IMG/VR virus record: IMGVR_UViG_2713896785_000007
From: a virus
Lineage: Duplodnaviria > Heunggongvirae > Uroviricota > Caudoviricetes
Strand: one strand, 5' to 3'
DNA length: 13,281 nucleotides
Position numbers and translations under genes: made by a program. This document shows, one piece after another, positions 1 through 7,742 of the stretch (positions within the stretch are counted from its first letter, which is position 1; every line of letters begins with the position of its first letter). The notes beneath the pieces are model-generated. The model saw nothing but the letters and a program-made list of their open reading frames with translations, made no database searches and was not told the DNA's origin.

Positions 1-64
1 AAGGGGCACAGGACTATATCCGCACTCAGTGTACTAAGCAGGCTTTTTATTATCCGGAGGATAC

Positions 65-289
65 ATGAAGAAATTACGGATAACCGTAGAACCTTTTCAG
101 GGAACAATTCCGTTCCGTATTTTGCAGCGTGGTCGTGTTCTTGTTGAAGGTTCGTTCAGTGGTAAATGTACGCAATTACACTCCCGGACCTTTCGGGTGA
201 ATGCCACGAATGAAGAGCTAACCGTGGAGTGTACGATGAATGCCGCTAAATGCCGCATGGTATCCGCTGCATTACAGCCAGTGTGTTGA
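65..289 (+). CDS. Hypothetical small protein (74 aa), Cys-rich, no recognisable family
   Basis: Complete ORF with a strong Shine-Dalgarno (GGAGG at 55-59, 5 nt before the ATG at 65). The ATG overlaps the TGA (66-68) of an upstream reading frame that is open from the window edge (ATGA coupling). Lies upstream of the putative cos site, where lambdoid phages carry lysis-distal accessory genes. No family recognised from the sequence. Confidence 0.45.
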   Translation: MKKLRITVEPFQGTIPFRILQRGRVLVEGSFSGKCTQLHSRTFRVNATNEELTVECTMNAAKCRMVSAALQPVC

Positions 290-332
290 GCGACCTTATT
301 ATCCATGCGCGGTATTGTCGCCGTATTCCTGC

Positions 333-382
333 NNNNNNNNNNNNNNNNNNNNNNNNNNNNNNNNNNNNNNNNNNNNNNNNNN
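333..382. other. Assembly gap (run of 50 N)
   Basis: Directly visible as N characters; true length and content unknown. Confidence 0.97.
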
Positions 383-520
383 GGGAGACTCCTCTGCGCG
401 AGTGTGCGGGGATAATCAAAAACGATACACACCGGGGTTTACCGCGTTAACGGAGCGCGGCGTTCTCCCCTCATAGTCGCCAGTCCGGTGCGATGGTGGA
501 AGAAACTGGATTTTGTTGCA

Positions 521-700
521 AATGATAACCATTATCATTTTTGCGGGTCCTCCTGGTGGGGTGGGCCTGAACACGGGGCGGGCGGCGCGGAAAAAGGCGC
601 ATTTTTGTGATTTTATCGTCATCATCATCATGATGGTAACTTGTTGTTTTTAATGCTGTTAGTATTAAAAAGATGATGGTTGTGGTTGTTTTTTGTTCGA
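521..700. other. Putative cos region (cosN-like G-rich element ~571-590, A/T-rich cosB-like segment with lambda-like CGTCAT...TAACTT..TGTTTTTA motif ~617-660)
   Basis: Non-coding stretch ending ~190 bp before the small terminase start, as in lambda. ACACGGGGCGGGCGGCGCGG resembles lambda cosN (ACG|GGGCGGCGACCTCGCGG). Downstream CGTCATCATCATCATGATGGTAACTTGTTGTTTTTAATG resembles lambda cosB CGTCATAACTTAATGTTTTTATTT. Comparison is from memory of the lambda sequence; the exact nick positions cannot be set. Confidence 0.4.
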
Positions 701-775
701 CATCTTTATATGGCGGCATTTCTTTACAAAAAAACAGAGTCACTTCTGTTCTGCGGTTTATGTGGAGGGATGTAA

Positions 776-1252
776 ATGGACGGCGAGCTGAAAAATATGA
801 AGTTAAATATTAATCAACTGGCAGCCCTTTCAGGTCTGCACCGGCAGACTGTTGCCGCCAGAATGGCGGATGTTCCTCTTGCACCAGGCAGTAATGAAAA
901 GAAAAAACTGTATCTCCTGACGGATTTGATAACTTCGTTGCTGGAAAAACCACCATCTTCCGAAGATGAGGATATGGATCCTCACGCTCGTAAGGCATGG
1001 TATCAGTCCGAGCGCGAGCGTCTTAAATTTCAGCATGAAACTGTTCAGCTTGTGCCAGTCAGTGATGTCAGGCGGTCCTTTTCTGTCGTGGTGAAAGCGA
1101 TAGTTCAGGTACTGGAAACCTGGCCTGACCGGCTGGAGAGGGACAGGGGGTGGACTGCATCACAACTGAATGAAGTACAGATTGTGGTTGATGAGATCCG
1201 CGACACACTGGAAAAGGCAGTCATTGACTGTTGTGATGAGGCCGATATGTGA
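776..1252 (+). CDS. Terminase small subunit (Nu1-position; N-terminal helix-turn-helix DNA-binding protein)
   Basis: 158-aa ORF immediately upstream of, and overlapping, the large terminase start (ATG at 1247-1249, TGA at 1250-1252, GTG at 1249). GGAGGG Shine-Dalgarno 6 nt upstream of the ATG at 776. N-terminal segment NINQLAALSGLHRQTVAARM looks like a helix-turn-helix. Acidic C-terminus. Assignment is by position and architecture, not by sequence identity to lambda Nu1. Confidence 0.75.
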   Translation: MDGELKNMKLNINQLAALSGLHRQTVAARMADVPLAPGSNEKKKLYLLTDLITSLLEKPPSSEDEDMDPHARKAWYQSERERLKFQHETVQLVPVSDVRRSFSVVVKAIVQVLETWPDRLERDRGWTASQLNEVQIVVDEIRDTLEKAVIDCCDEADM

Positions 1253-3372
1253 ATCAGGTGAACGAGAGCCATAGCCGCGCATCCGATATCTGGCGCGAAG
1301 TGGCCTCGCTGTTTCGCCCACCCAGCCGGTTACCAGTAGCGGAAGCCATCAGGCGTTATATGCGGGTTCCACGGGGAGCCAATACTTCCGGTCCGTGGGA
1401 GTCATCGCTGACGCCCTATATGATTGACCCCATTAATACATTATCAGCCCGTGAATATGACGCGGTGGTGTTTGTGGGACCTGCGCGAACCGGGAAAACC
1501 GAAGGGCTGATTGATGGCTGGATTGTGTACGGCATCATCTGTGATCCGGCGGATATGCTGGTGGTGCAGATGACTGAGACGAAGGCGCGTGAGCATTCCA
1601 GAACGCGTCTTTCCAGGACGTTTCGCCACAGTCCGGAGGTCAGCAAGCGCCTCAGTCCTTCCCGTAATGACAACAACGTCCACGATAAAATGTTTCTTGA
1701 CGGCTCCTTCCTGAAGATTGGCTGGCCGTCGATCACCGTCTTTTCCTCTTCGGATTACCGTCGTGTGGCGCTGACGGATTATGACCGTTTCCCTGAAAAC
1801 GTGGACGGGGAAGGGGATGCCTTCACGCTGGCCTCAAAGCGTACCACCACCTTTATGTCTTCGGGGATGACCCTGGTCGAGAGTTCACCGGGGCGGGATA
1901 TCACCGATACCAAATGGCGTTGTGGTGGCGCACATGAGGCACCGCCAACAACGGGGATCCTGTCACTGTATAACCGGGGAGACCGCCGCCGGTGGTACTG
2001 GCCGTGTCCGCACTGCGGGGAATATTTTCAGCCGGTGATGGATAACATGACCGGATACCGGAATAACCCGGATTTTGTGGCTGCCGGTCAGGCTGCCCGT
2101 CTGATGTGTCCGCATTGTCGCGGGCTGATTGCCCCTGAGCAGAAACGCGAACTGAATAACCAGGGGATCTGGCTTCGTGAAGGTGAACGGGCGGCGGCGG
2201 ACGGCAGTATCACCGGAACGCCACGAAACTCCCGGATTGCGTCATTTTGGATGGAGGGGCCAGCTGCGGCGTTTCAGACCTGGGAACAACTGATTTTTAA
2301 ACTGCTGGCGGCAGAAGAAGAGTATGAGCGAACCGGCAGTGAAGAGACCCTGAAAGCGGTGGTGAACACCGATATCGGACGACCCTATCTGCCCCGTTCA
2401 GCCACGGAACAGCGTAAAAGTGAACTGCTTGAACAGCGTGCCGAGCCGTTTCCCCGGCGATCTGTGCCGGATGGTGTGCGTTTTATTGAGGCAACGGTTG
2501 ACGTACAGGGCGGTAAAAATCGCCGTTTTGTTGTGCAGATCACCGGATACGGAGAGCAGGGGGAACGCTGGATTGTTGATCGCTACAACATCCGGCATTC
2601 ACTGCGCTGCAGTCCCAACGGTGAAAGTCTGCCGGTTGATCCGGCGGCATATCCGGAGGACTGGGATTTGTTGCTGACGGATGTGTTCCATAAAACATGG
2701 CCGCTGGCTTCTGATCCGGATGTGCGCATGCGTCTGATGGCCATGGCGGTGGATACGGGAGGGGAAGCCGGGGTGACAGATAACGCCTATCGTTTCTGGC
2801 GTCGTTGCCGGAGTGACGGACTGGGCAACAGGGTGTTTCTGTTCAAGGGGGATGGACTTCGCCGTGACAGGCTGATTAACCGAACCTTCCCGGATAATAC
2901 CGGCAGAAGTGCCCGCCGTGCCAGAGCCAGTGGCGATGTCGCGCTGTGGCTGGTTCAGACGGATGCGTTTAAGGATCGTGTAAATAATGCCCTGTGGCGT
3001 GACACACCAGGGCCGAACTATATCCACTTTCCCGACTGGCTGGGGCGGTGGTTTTACGATGAGCTGACCTATGAAGAGCGCGGCAGTGACGGAAAATGGC
3101 GAAAACCGGGCAGGGGCGCTAACGAAGCGTTTGACCTGCTGGTTTATGCGGATGCGCTTGCCGTTCTGCATGGTTACGAAAAGATCCGCTGGCCCTCCGC
3201 ACCGGACTGGGCACAGCGGGAAACGTGGCTCGTCTTCCCGCAGGAGCGTTCTGGTGAAACGGTATCCCCGGAACTGACGGCCGGGGCAGAAAAACGCCGT
3301 CGCCGGAAGAAAAAACTGCGGACGGAGCGTGCGGAAGATAATCCATGGATAACATCAGGAGGCTGGTTGTGA
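1249..3372 (+). CDS. Terminase large subunit, GpA family (lambda gpA-like)
   Basis: 707-aa ORF. Walker A-like motif VVFVGPARTGKTEG. Paired CPHC motifs (WYWPCPHCGEYF ... LMCPHCRGL) resembling the lambda gpA zinc-ribbon region (ACPHCGEEQ). Basic C-terminal tail. Probable GTG start at 1249 with GAGG 7 nt upstream, overlapping the small-subunit stop. Confidence 0.93.
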   Translation: MNQVNESHSRASDIWREVASLFRPPSRLPVAEAIRRYMRVPRGANTSGPWESSLTPYMIDPINTLSAREYDAVVFVGPARTGKTEGLIDGWIVYGIICDPADMLVVQMTETKAREHSRTRLSRTFRHSPEVSKRLSPSRNDNNVHDKMFLDGSFLKIGWPSITVFSSSDYRRVALTDYDRFPENVDGEGDAFTLASKRTTTFMSSGMTLVESSPGRDITDTKWRCGGAHEAPPTTGILSLYNRGDRRRWYWPCPHCGEYFQPVMDNMTGYRNNPDFVAAGQAARLMCPHCRGLIAPEQKRELNNQGIWLREGERAAADGSITGTPRNSRIASFWMEGPAAAFQTWEQLIFKLLAAEEEYERTGSEETLKAVVNTDIGRPYLPRSATEQRKSELLEQRAEPFPRRSVPDGVRFIEATVDVQGGKNRRFVVQITGYGEQGERWIVDRYNIRHSLRCSPNGESLPVDPAAYPEDWDLLLTDVFHKTWPLASDPDVRMRLMAMAVDTGGEAGVTDNAYRFWRRCRSDGLGNRVFLFKGDGLRRDRLINRTFPDNTGRSARRARASGDVALWLVQTDAFKDRVNNALWRDTPGPNYIHFPDWLGRWFYDELTYEERGSDGKWRKPGRGANEAFDLLVYADALAVLHGYEKIRWPSAPDWAQRETWLVFPQERSGETVSPELTAGAEKRRRRKKKLRTERAEDNPWITSGGWL

Positions 3373-3581
3373 GCACAGAAGAAGCCAGAGAAATGATACA
3401 GCGGTACCGTGAAGCGGAAATGGCCGTACTGGAGGGAAAGTCTGTCACCTTCAACGGGCAGCAACTGACGCTGGAAAGCCTTTCTCAGATCCGCGCCGGA
3501 CGTCAGGAGTGGGAACGCAGGCTTGCCGCGATGGTGAGCCGCAGGCGGGGAAAACCGGGATTTAAACTGGCGAGGTTTTAA
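3369..3581 (+). CDS. W: Head-tail joining protein gpW-like
   Basis: C-terminus RRRGKPGF matches lambda gpW RRRGPAGF. A GTG at 3369 is preceded by AGGAGG (3356-3361), giving a ~70-aa protein equal in length to lambda W (68 aa). The longest ORF would start at the ATG at 3345. Overlaps the terminase stop at 3370-3372. Confidence 0.82.
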   Translation: MSTEEAREMIQRYREAEMAVLEGKSVTFNGQQLTLESLSQIRAGRQEWERRLAAMVSRRRGKPGFKLARF

Positions 3582-5083
3582 TGGCAATTATTGATGATGT
3601 GATCGGCGTGTTTTCCCCTAGGTGGAAAGCAGCCAGACTGCGTTCAAGGGCGTTAATCATGGCCTATGAGGCGGTGAAACCGACCCGGACACATAAAGCC
3701 CGGCGGGAAAATCGCTCTGCTGATCAGCTCAGTAAATACGGTGCGGTTTCCCTGCGGGAGCAGGCCCGTTTTCTGGATATCAATCATGACCTGGTGATTG
3801 GTGTGTTTGACAAGCTGGAAGAGCGGGTGATTGGTGCCAGGGGAATTATTGTGGAGCCTCAGCCATTACGAAAAAACGGGGAAATGGCGGCTGAGCTGGC
3901 TGCGGATATCCGCCGTTTGTGGGCTGAATGGTCCGTGAGTCCGGATGTGACAGGGCAGTATACCCGTCCTGTGCTTGAACGTTTACTGCTGCGGACCTGG
4001 CTGCGGGATGGTGAAGTGTTTGCGCAGATGGTCAGTGGTGCGGGAAACGGTCTGGAACGGACGGCGGGAGTGCCATTCTGGCTTGAGGCGATGGAGCCGG
4101 ATTTTGTTCCCATGCGCACTGATGAATCCGCCGGACTGAATCAGGGGGTTTTTCTTGATGAGTGGGGAAGACCGAAAAAATATCTGGTTTATAAAAATTA
4201 TCCGGTCAGCGGCCGGCAGAGTGATACGAAAGAAATCGCTGCCGGAAAAATGATCCACCTGAAGTTCACTCGTCGTCTGCACCAGACGCGAGGCTCATCC
4301 ATGTTATCGGGGGTGCTGATGCGGATCAGTGCCCTTAAGGAGTATGAGGATGCGGAACTGACAGCGGCGCGTATTGCTGCGGCGCTGGGACTGTATATCC
4401 GTAAAGGTGACGGACAGGACTATGAAGATCCGGGGATCAAAGAAACCGAGCGGGAAGTCCATATCACCCCGGGTATTATTTATGACGATTTGCGCAAGGG
4501 CGAGGATATCGGCATGGTCAAATCTGACCGTCCCAATCCCAACCTTGAAACTTTCCGCAACGGCCAGTTGCGTGCAGTGGCAGCAGGCAGTCGTCTGAGT
4601 TTTTCCAGTGCGGCGCGTAACTATAACGGCACCTACAGCGCCCAGCGGCAGGAGCTGGTCGAGTCCACGGATGGTTACCTGATCCTGCAGGACTGTTTTA
4701 TTGGCGCGGTAACCCGCCCGGTGTACCGGACATGGCTGAATATGGTGGTTGCGGCAGGTCTGCTGAAAATTCCGGCGGATGTGGAGATGAAAACGCTATA
4801 TAACGCGACGTATTCCGGTCCGGTGATGCCGTGGATCGACCCGGTTAAGGAAGCTGAAGCCTGGAGAATTCAGATCCGGGGTGGTGCAGCGACAGAATCT
4901 GACTGGGTGCGTGCCGGCGGGCGCAATCCGGATGAGGTCAAACGTCGCCGCAAGGCTGAAATTGATGAAAACAGCAGACTGGGGCTGGTCTTTGATACGG
5001 ATCCCGTCAACGACAAAGGAGGCAACAGTGCCGGAACTGAACGACAGTATCAGCGCGACACCGAAAGCCAGCATGAAGAATAA
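3581..5083 (+). CDS. B: Portal protein (lambda gpB family)
   Basis: 500-aa ORF in the lambda B position. Start ATG overlaps the W stop (TAATG). Shares recognisable similarity with lambda gpB, including the YEEAE/YEDAE and VxAARIAA region. Confidence 0.93.
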   Translation: MAIIDDVIGVFSPRWKAARLRSRALIMAYEAVKPTRTHKARRENRSADQLSKYGAVSLREQARFLDINHDLVIGVFDKLEERVIGARGIIVEPQPLRKNGEMAAELAADIRRLWAEWSVSPDVTGQYTRPVLERLLLRTWLRDGEVFAQMVSGAGNGLERTAGVPFWLEAMEPDFVPMRTDESAGLNQGVFLDEWGRPKKYLVYKNYPVSGRQSDTKEIAAGKMIHLKFTRRLHQTRGSSMLSGVLMRISALKEYEDAELTAARIAAALGLYIRKGDGQDYEDPGIKETEREVHITPGIIYDDLRKGEDIGMVKSDRPNPNLETFRNGQLRAVAAGSRLSFSSAARNYNGTYSAQRQELVESTDGYLILQDCFIGAVTRPVYRTWLNMVVAAGLLKIPADVEMKTLYNATYSGPVMPWIDPVKEAEAWRIQIRGGAATESDWVRAGGRNPDEVKRRRKAEIDENSRLGLVFDTDPVNDKGGNSAGTERQYQRDTESQHEE

Positions 5084-7052
5084 ATCCTGGTTCAGGATGC
5101 AGGCTGGGGTGCCGGGTGACGCGGATATTTATATTTATGACGAGATTGGTTTCTGGGGAGTTACCGCGAAGCAGTTTGTCAGCGAACTGAATGCTCTGGG
5201 TGATATCACCCACATTAATCTCCATATCAATTCACCGGGTGGCGATGTCTTTGAAGGCATCGCCATTTTTAATGCCCTGAAAAATCAGGGGGCGACCATT
5301 ACCGTGTATGTGGATGGCGTTGCCGCCTCGATGGCATCTGTGATTGCGATGGCCGGTGATACGGTCATTATGCCGGAAAATGCCTTCATGATGATCCATA
5401 AGCCATGGGGATTCAGTGGCGGGGATGCTGAGGATATGCGCAGTTATGCCGATTTGCTGGATAAAGTCGAATCGGTACTGTTGCCAGCCTATGCGCAGAA
5501 AACCGGAAAAACCACCGATGAAATTGCCGCCATGCTGGCGGATGAAACCTGGATGTCCGGTGCCGAATGTCTGGCACACGGATTTGCTGACCAGGTGACA
5601 CCCGCTGTTGAGGCAATGGCATGTATTCAGTCAAAACGTACAGAGGAATTTAAAAAGATGCCGGAATCCATCCGAAACATGATTACTCCGCCACGCAACA
5701 GTGCCCCGCGTGATACCACAGTGACAATCCCTGCACCGGCGGTAACAGAACCATCACCGGTACCGGCAGTGTCTGATGAGGCGACCATTCGCGCCCGCGT
5801 TATGGCAGAACAGAAAGCCCGCATGTCAGGCATTAACGATCTGTTTGCCATGTTCGGCGGTCGCTATCAGACGCTTCAGGCACAGTGCGTGGCTGATCCT
5901 GACTGTTCGCTGGAAATGGCCCGTGAACGACTGCTGAATGAAATGGGCAAGGAGTCCTCGCCGACCAACAAAAATACACCGGCCCATATTTATGCCGGAA
6001 ACGGCAATTTTGTGGGAGACGGGATCCGCCAGGCGATGCTGGCCCGTGCCGGATTTGAAAATGTCGAGAAGGATAACGCCTATAACGGGATGACCCTGCG
6101 TGAATGGGCTCGCATGTCACTGACGGAGCGCGGTATTGGGGTGGCCAGTTATAACCCCATGCAGATGGTCGGGCTGGCGCTGACGCACAGCACCTCTGAT
6201 TTTGGCAATATTCTGCTGGATGTGTCGAACAAGGGGCTGATCCAGGGCTGGGAGGAATCAGAAGAAACCTTCCAGAAGTGGACCCGTAAGGGACGCCTGT
6301 CAGACTTCAAAACAGCGTATCGCGTGGGGATGGGCGGTTTTGGTTCTCTGCGCCAGGTTCGTGAGGGGGCGGAGTATAAATACATCACCACCTCAGATCG
6401 CAAGGAGACCATTGCACTGGCCACTTACGGGGAGATTTTCTCCATCACCCGCCAGGCCATTATCAATGATGATCTGAATATGCTGGTGGACGTGCCGATG
6501 AAGATGGGGCGTGCGGCGAAGGCAACGATTGGTGACCTGGTCTACAAGGTGCTGACGGATAACCCGAAACTGTCCGACGGTAAGGCGCTGTTCCATGCCG
6601 ATCACAAAAATATTGCCACCGGGGGGATCTCCGTTTCCGGACTGGATGCGGCCCGTCAGATGATGCGCCTGCAGAAAGAAGGCGATCGTGCCCTGAATAT
6701 CCGTCCGGCCTTTATGCTGGTACCGGTGGCACTGGAGACGGTGGCGAACCAGACCATCAAATCGGCCAGTGTGAAAGGGGCGGATGCAAACGCCGGTGTC
6801 ATTAACCCTATCCAGAACTTTGCTGAGGTGATTGCAGAAGCGCGTCTTGATGCGGCAGACCCGAAAACCTGGTATCTGGCGGCGGCACAGGGCACTGACA
6901 CCATTGAAGTGGCCTGGCTGGATGGTGTGGACACGCCATACATTGATCAGCAGGAAGGTTTCACCACTGACGGCATTGCCACAAAAATCCGTATTGATGC
7001 CGGAGTGGCACCACTTGACTGGCGCGGGCTGGTGCGTTCGTCGGTGGCCTGA
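5028..7052 (+). CDS. Fusion protein: ClpP-like (S14) serine protease domain + linker/scaffold-like segment + HK97-fold major capsid protein domain
   Basis: Reading frame is open from 4881. Likely start is the GTG at 5028 (AAAGGAGG at 5015-5022) or the ATG at 5073. N-terminal domain carries ClpP-type catalytic motifs (GVAASMASVIAMAG with Ser nucleophile; MMIHKPWG with His). A Pro/Ala/Thr-rich linker follows (~5690-5800). C-terminal ~300 aa occupy the major capsid position. Domain call for the capsid part is by position and size, not by a motif I can name. Confidence 0.88.
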   Translation: MPELNDSISATPKASMKNKSWFRMQAGVPGDADIYIYDEIGFWGVTAKQFVSELNALGDITHINLHINSPGGDVFEGIAIFNALKNQGATITVYVDGVAASMASVIAMAGDTVIMPENAFMMIHKPWGFSGGDAEDMRSYADLLDKVESVLLPAYAQKTGKTTDEIAAMLADETWMSGAECLAHGFADQVTPAVEAMACIQSKRTEEFKKMPESIRNMITPPRNSAPRDTTVTIPAPAVTEPSPVPAVSDEATIRARVMAEQKARMSGINDLFAMFGGRYQTLQAQCVADPDCSLEMARERLLNEMGKESSPTNKNTPAHIYAGNGNFVGDGIRQAMLARAGFENVEKDNAYNGMTLREWARMSLTERGIGVASYNPMQMVGLALTHSTSDFGNILLDVSNKGLIQGWEESEETFQKWTRKGRLSDFKTAYRVGMGGFGSLRQVREGAEYKYITTSDRKETIALATYGEIFSITRQAIINDDLNMLVDVPMKMGRAAKATIGDLVYKVLTDNPKLSDGKALFHADHKNIATGGISVSGLDAARQMMRLQKEGDRALNIRPAFMLVPVALETVANQTIKSASVKGADANAGVINPIQNFAEVIAEARLDAADPKTWYLAAAQGTDTIEVAWLDGVDTPYIDQQEGFTTDGIATKIRIDAGVAPLDWRGLVRSSVA

Positions 7053-7074
7053 TAACCGCGTTATCACAATCACT

Positions 7075-7093
7075 GCCCGAAAGGGCTTTTTTT
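7075..7093 (+). terminator. Putative intrinsic terminator downstream of the capsid gene (GCCC-GAAA-GGGC stem-loop + T7)
   Basis: Short GC stem with a GAAA tetraloop followed by TTTTTTT, 23 nt after the capsid stop codon. The stem is only 4 bp, so it is probably weak or leaky. Confidence 0.4.
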
Positions 7094-7139
7094 ATGCCTG
7101 AAAAACAGCCCCACAGGGGCTGTCCGGAGAAACAGCATT

Positions 7140-7466
7140 ATGGCGAAAAATTTTGTACAGGACGGTACCACCATTGAACTGGTGAATGCCGGAGATCAGA
7201 CCATCCTGAGCGGTGCTGCGGTGGTGGTCGGCAGTATGGTGGCCGTGGCCATTACCGATATTCCTGCCGGTGAGGCCGGTGACGGTTTTGCCGAAGGCGT
7301 GTTCCTGCTGCCCAAACAGTCTGCTGACGACATTCAGTCCGGCGCGGTGGTTTATCTGAAGGACGGGGTTGTGCAGCTGGCTGCAGACGGTGCGGTGGCA
7401 GCGGGGGTAGCCTGGGAAAATGCCCCTGCAAACAGCGCCACTGTGGCGGTAAAAATCAATGTCTGA
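7140..7466 (+). CDS. Small head protein, DUF2190-like (putative head decoration/cement protein; lambda D position)
   Basis: 108-aa Gly/Ala/Val-rich ORF directly after the capsid gene, same size as lambda gpD (110 aa). Sequence character matches the DUF2190 proteins found after capsid genes in lambdoid prophages. Family call is from memory and not verified. Confidence 0.65.
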   Translation: MAKNFVQDGTTIELVNAGDQTILSGAAVVVGSMVAVAITDIPAGEAGDGFAEGVFLLPKQSADDIQSGAVVYLKDGVVQLAADGAVAAGVAWENAPANSATVAVKINV

Positions 7467-7740
7467 TCTGTTTACGCGAATGTGTTGCCGGATGGACGTG
7501 GCGACCGTTCGGGTGATGGGCAAACAGGCGGAGATTAACGGCGTCGTGTACGACGTGATGCCGGAGGAAGAGTCCGCGGAGATGGGGGCGCTTTCGGGCA
7601 GCCAGTTGTCACTGGTGGTGTTTTCAGCCCGGTACCGTCCGGCCCGTCATGATGTTGTTGTGTTTGCGGGGCGCACACTGACGGTGACCCGTTATGACAC
7701 GTACAACGGTAAACCCCGGATTTTTGTCGAACAGGAATGA
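7459..7740 (+). CDS. Head-tail connector / head completion protein (FII-like position)
   Basis: 93-aa ORF overlapping the preceding stop (ATG at 7459, TGA at 7464-7466) and the following Z start. Assignment is by synteny between the head genes and gpZ; similarity to lambda FII is weak. Confidence 0.6.
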   Translation: MSDLFTRMCCRMDVATVRVMGKQAEINGVVYDVMPEEESAEMGALSGSQLSLVVFSARYRPARHDVVVFAGRTLTVTRYDTYNGKPRIFVEQE

Positions 7741-7742
7741 GT

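Noticed and set aside
240-476. Two + strand ORFs (240-476 and 250-450) running through the 333-382 gap.
   Set aside because: Their continuity depends entirely on the N run, so no call is possible; a real gene here cannot be excluded until the gap is closed.
383-480. Possible tRNA or structured RNA (GGGAGA...TCTCCC and CCGCG...CGCGG inverted repeats).
   Set aside because: No T-loop (GTTCGANTC) or cloverleaf register could be found, and the repeats are short. It is probably ordinary intergenic sequence next to the gap.
416-743. Reverse-strand ORFs 416-631 and 471-743 in the cos region.
   Set aside because: Their homopolymeric residues (MMMM, HHDDDDD, TTTT) come from the CAT repeat and A/T-rich tracts of the putative cosB region; no ribosome-binding site; this is more plausibly a non-coding packaging site.
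2599-3171. A 190-aa antisense ORF inside the large terminase gene.
   Set aside because: It is embedded antisense in a clearly coding, conserved gene, with no start context and a low-complexity product.
5600-5900. Possible internal in-frame start within the capsid fusion producing a separate scaffold or capsid product (by analogy to lambda C/Nu3).
   Set aside because: Candidate internal ATGs (for example 5617) lack a properly spaced Shine-Dalgarno; not supportable from sequence alone.
6393-7523. Antisense ORFs 6393-7073 (226 aa) and 7092-7523 (143 aa) within the capsid and decoration/connector genes.
   Set aside because: Same reasoning: antisense to well-supported structural genes, with His/Arg/Cys-rich improbable products.
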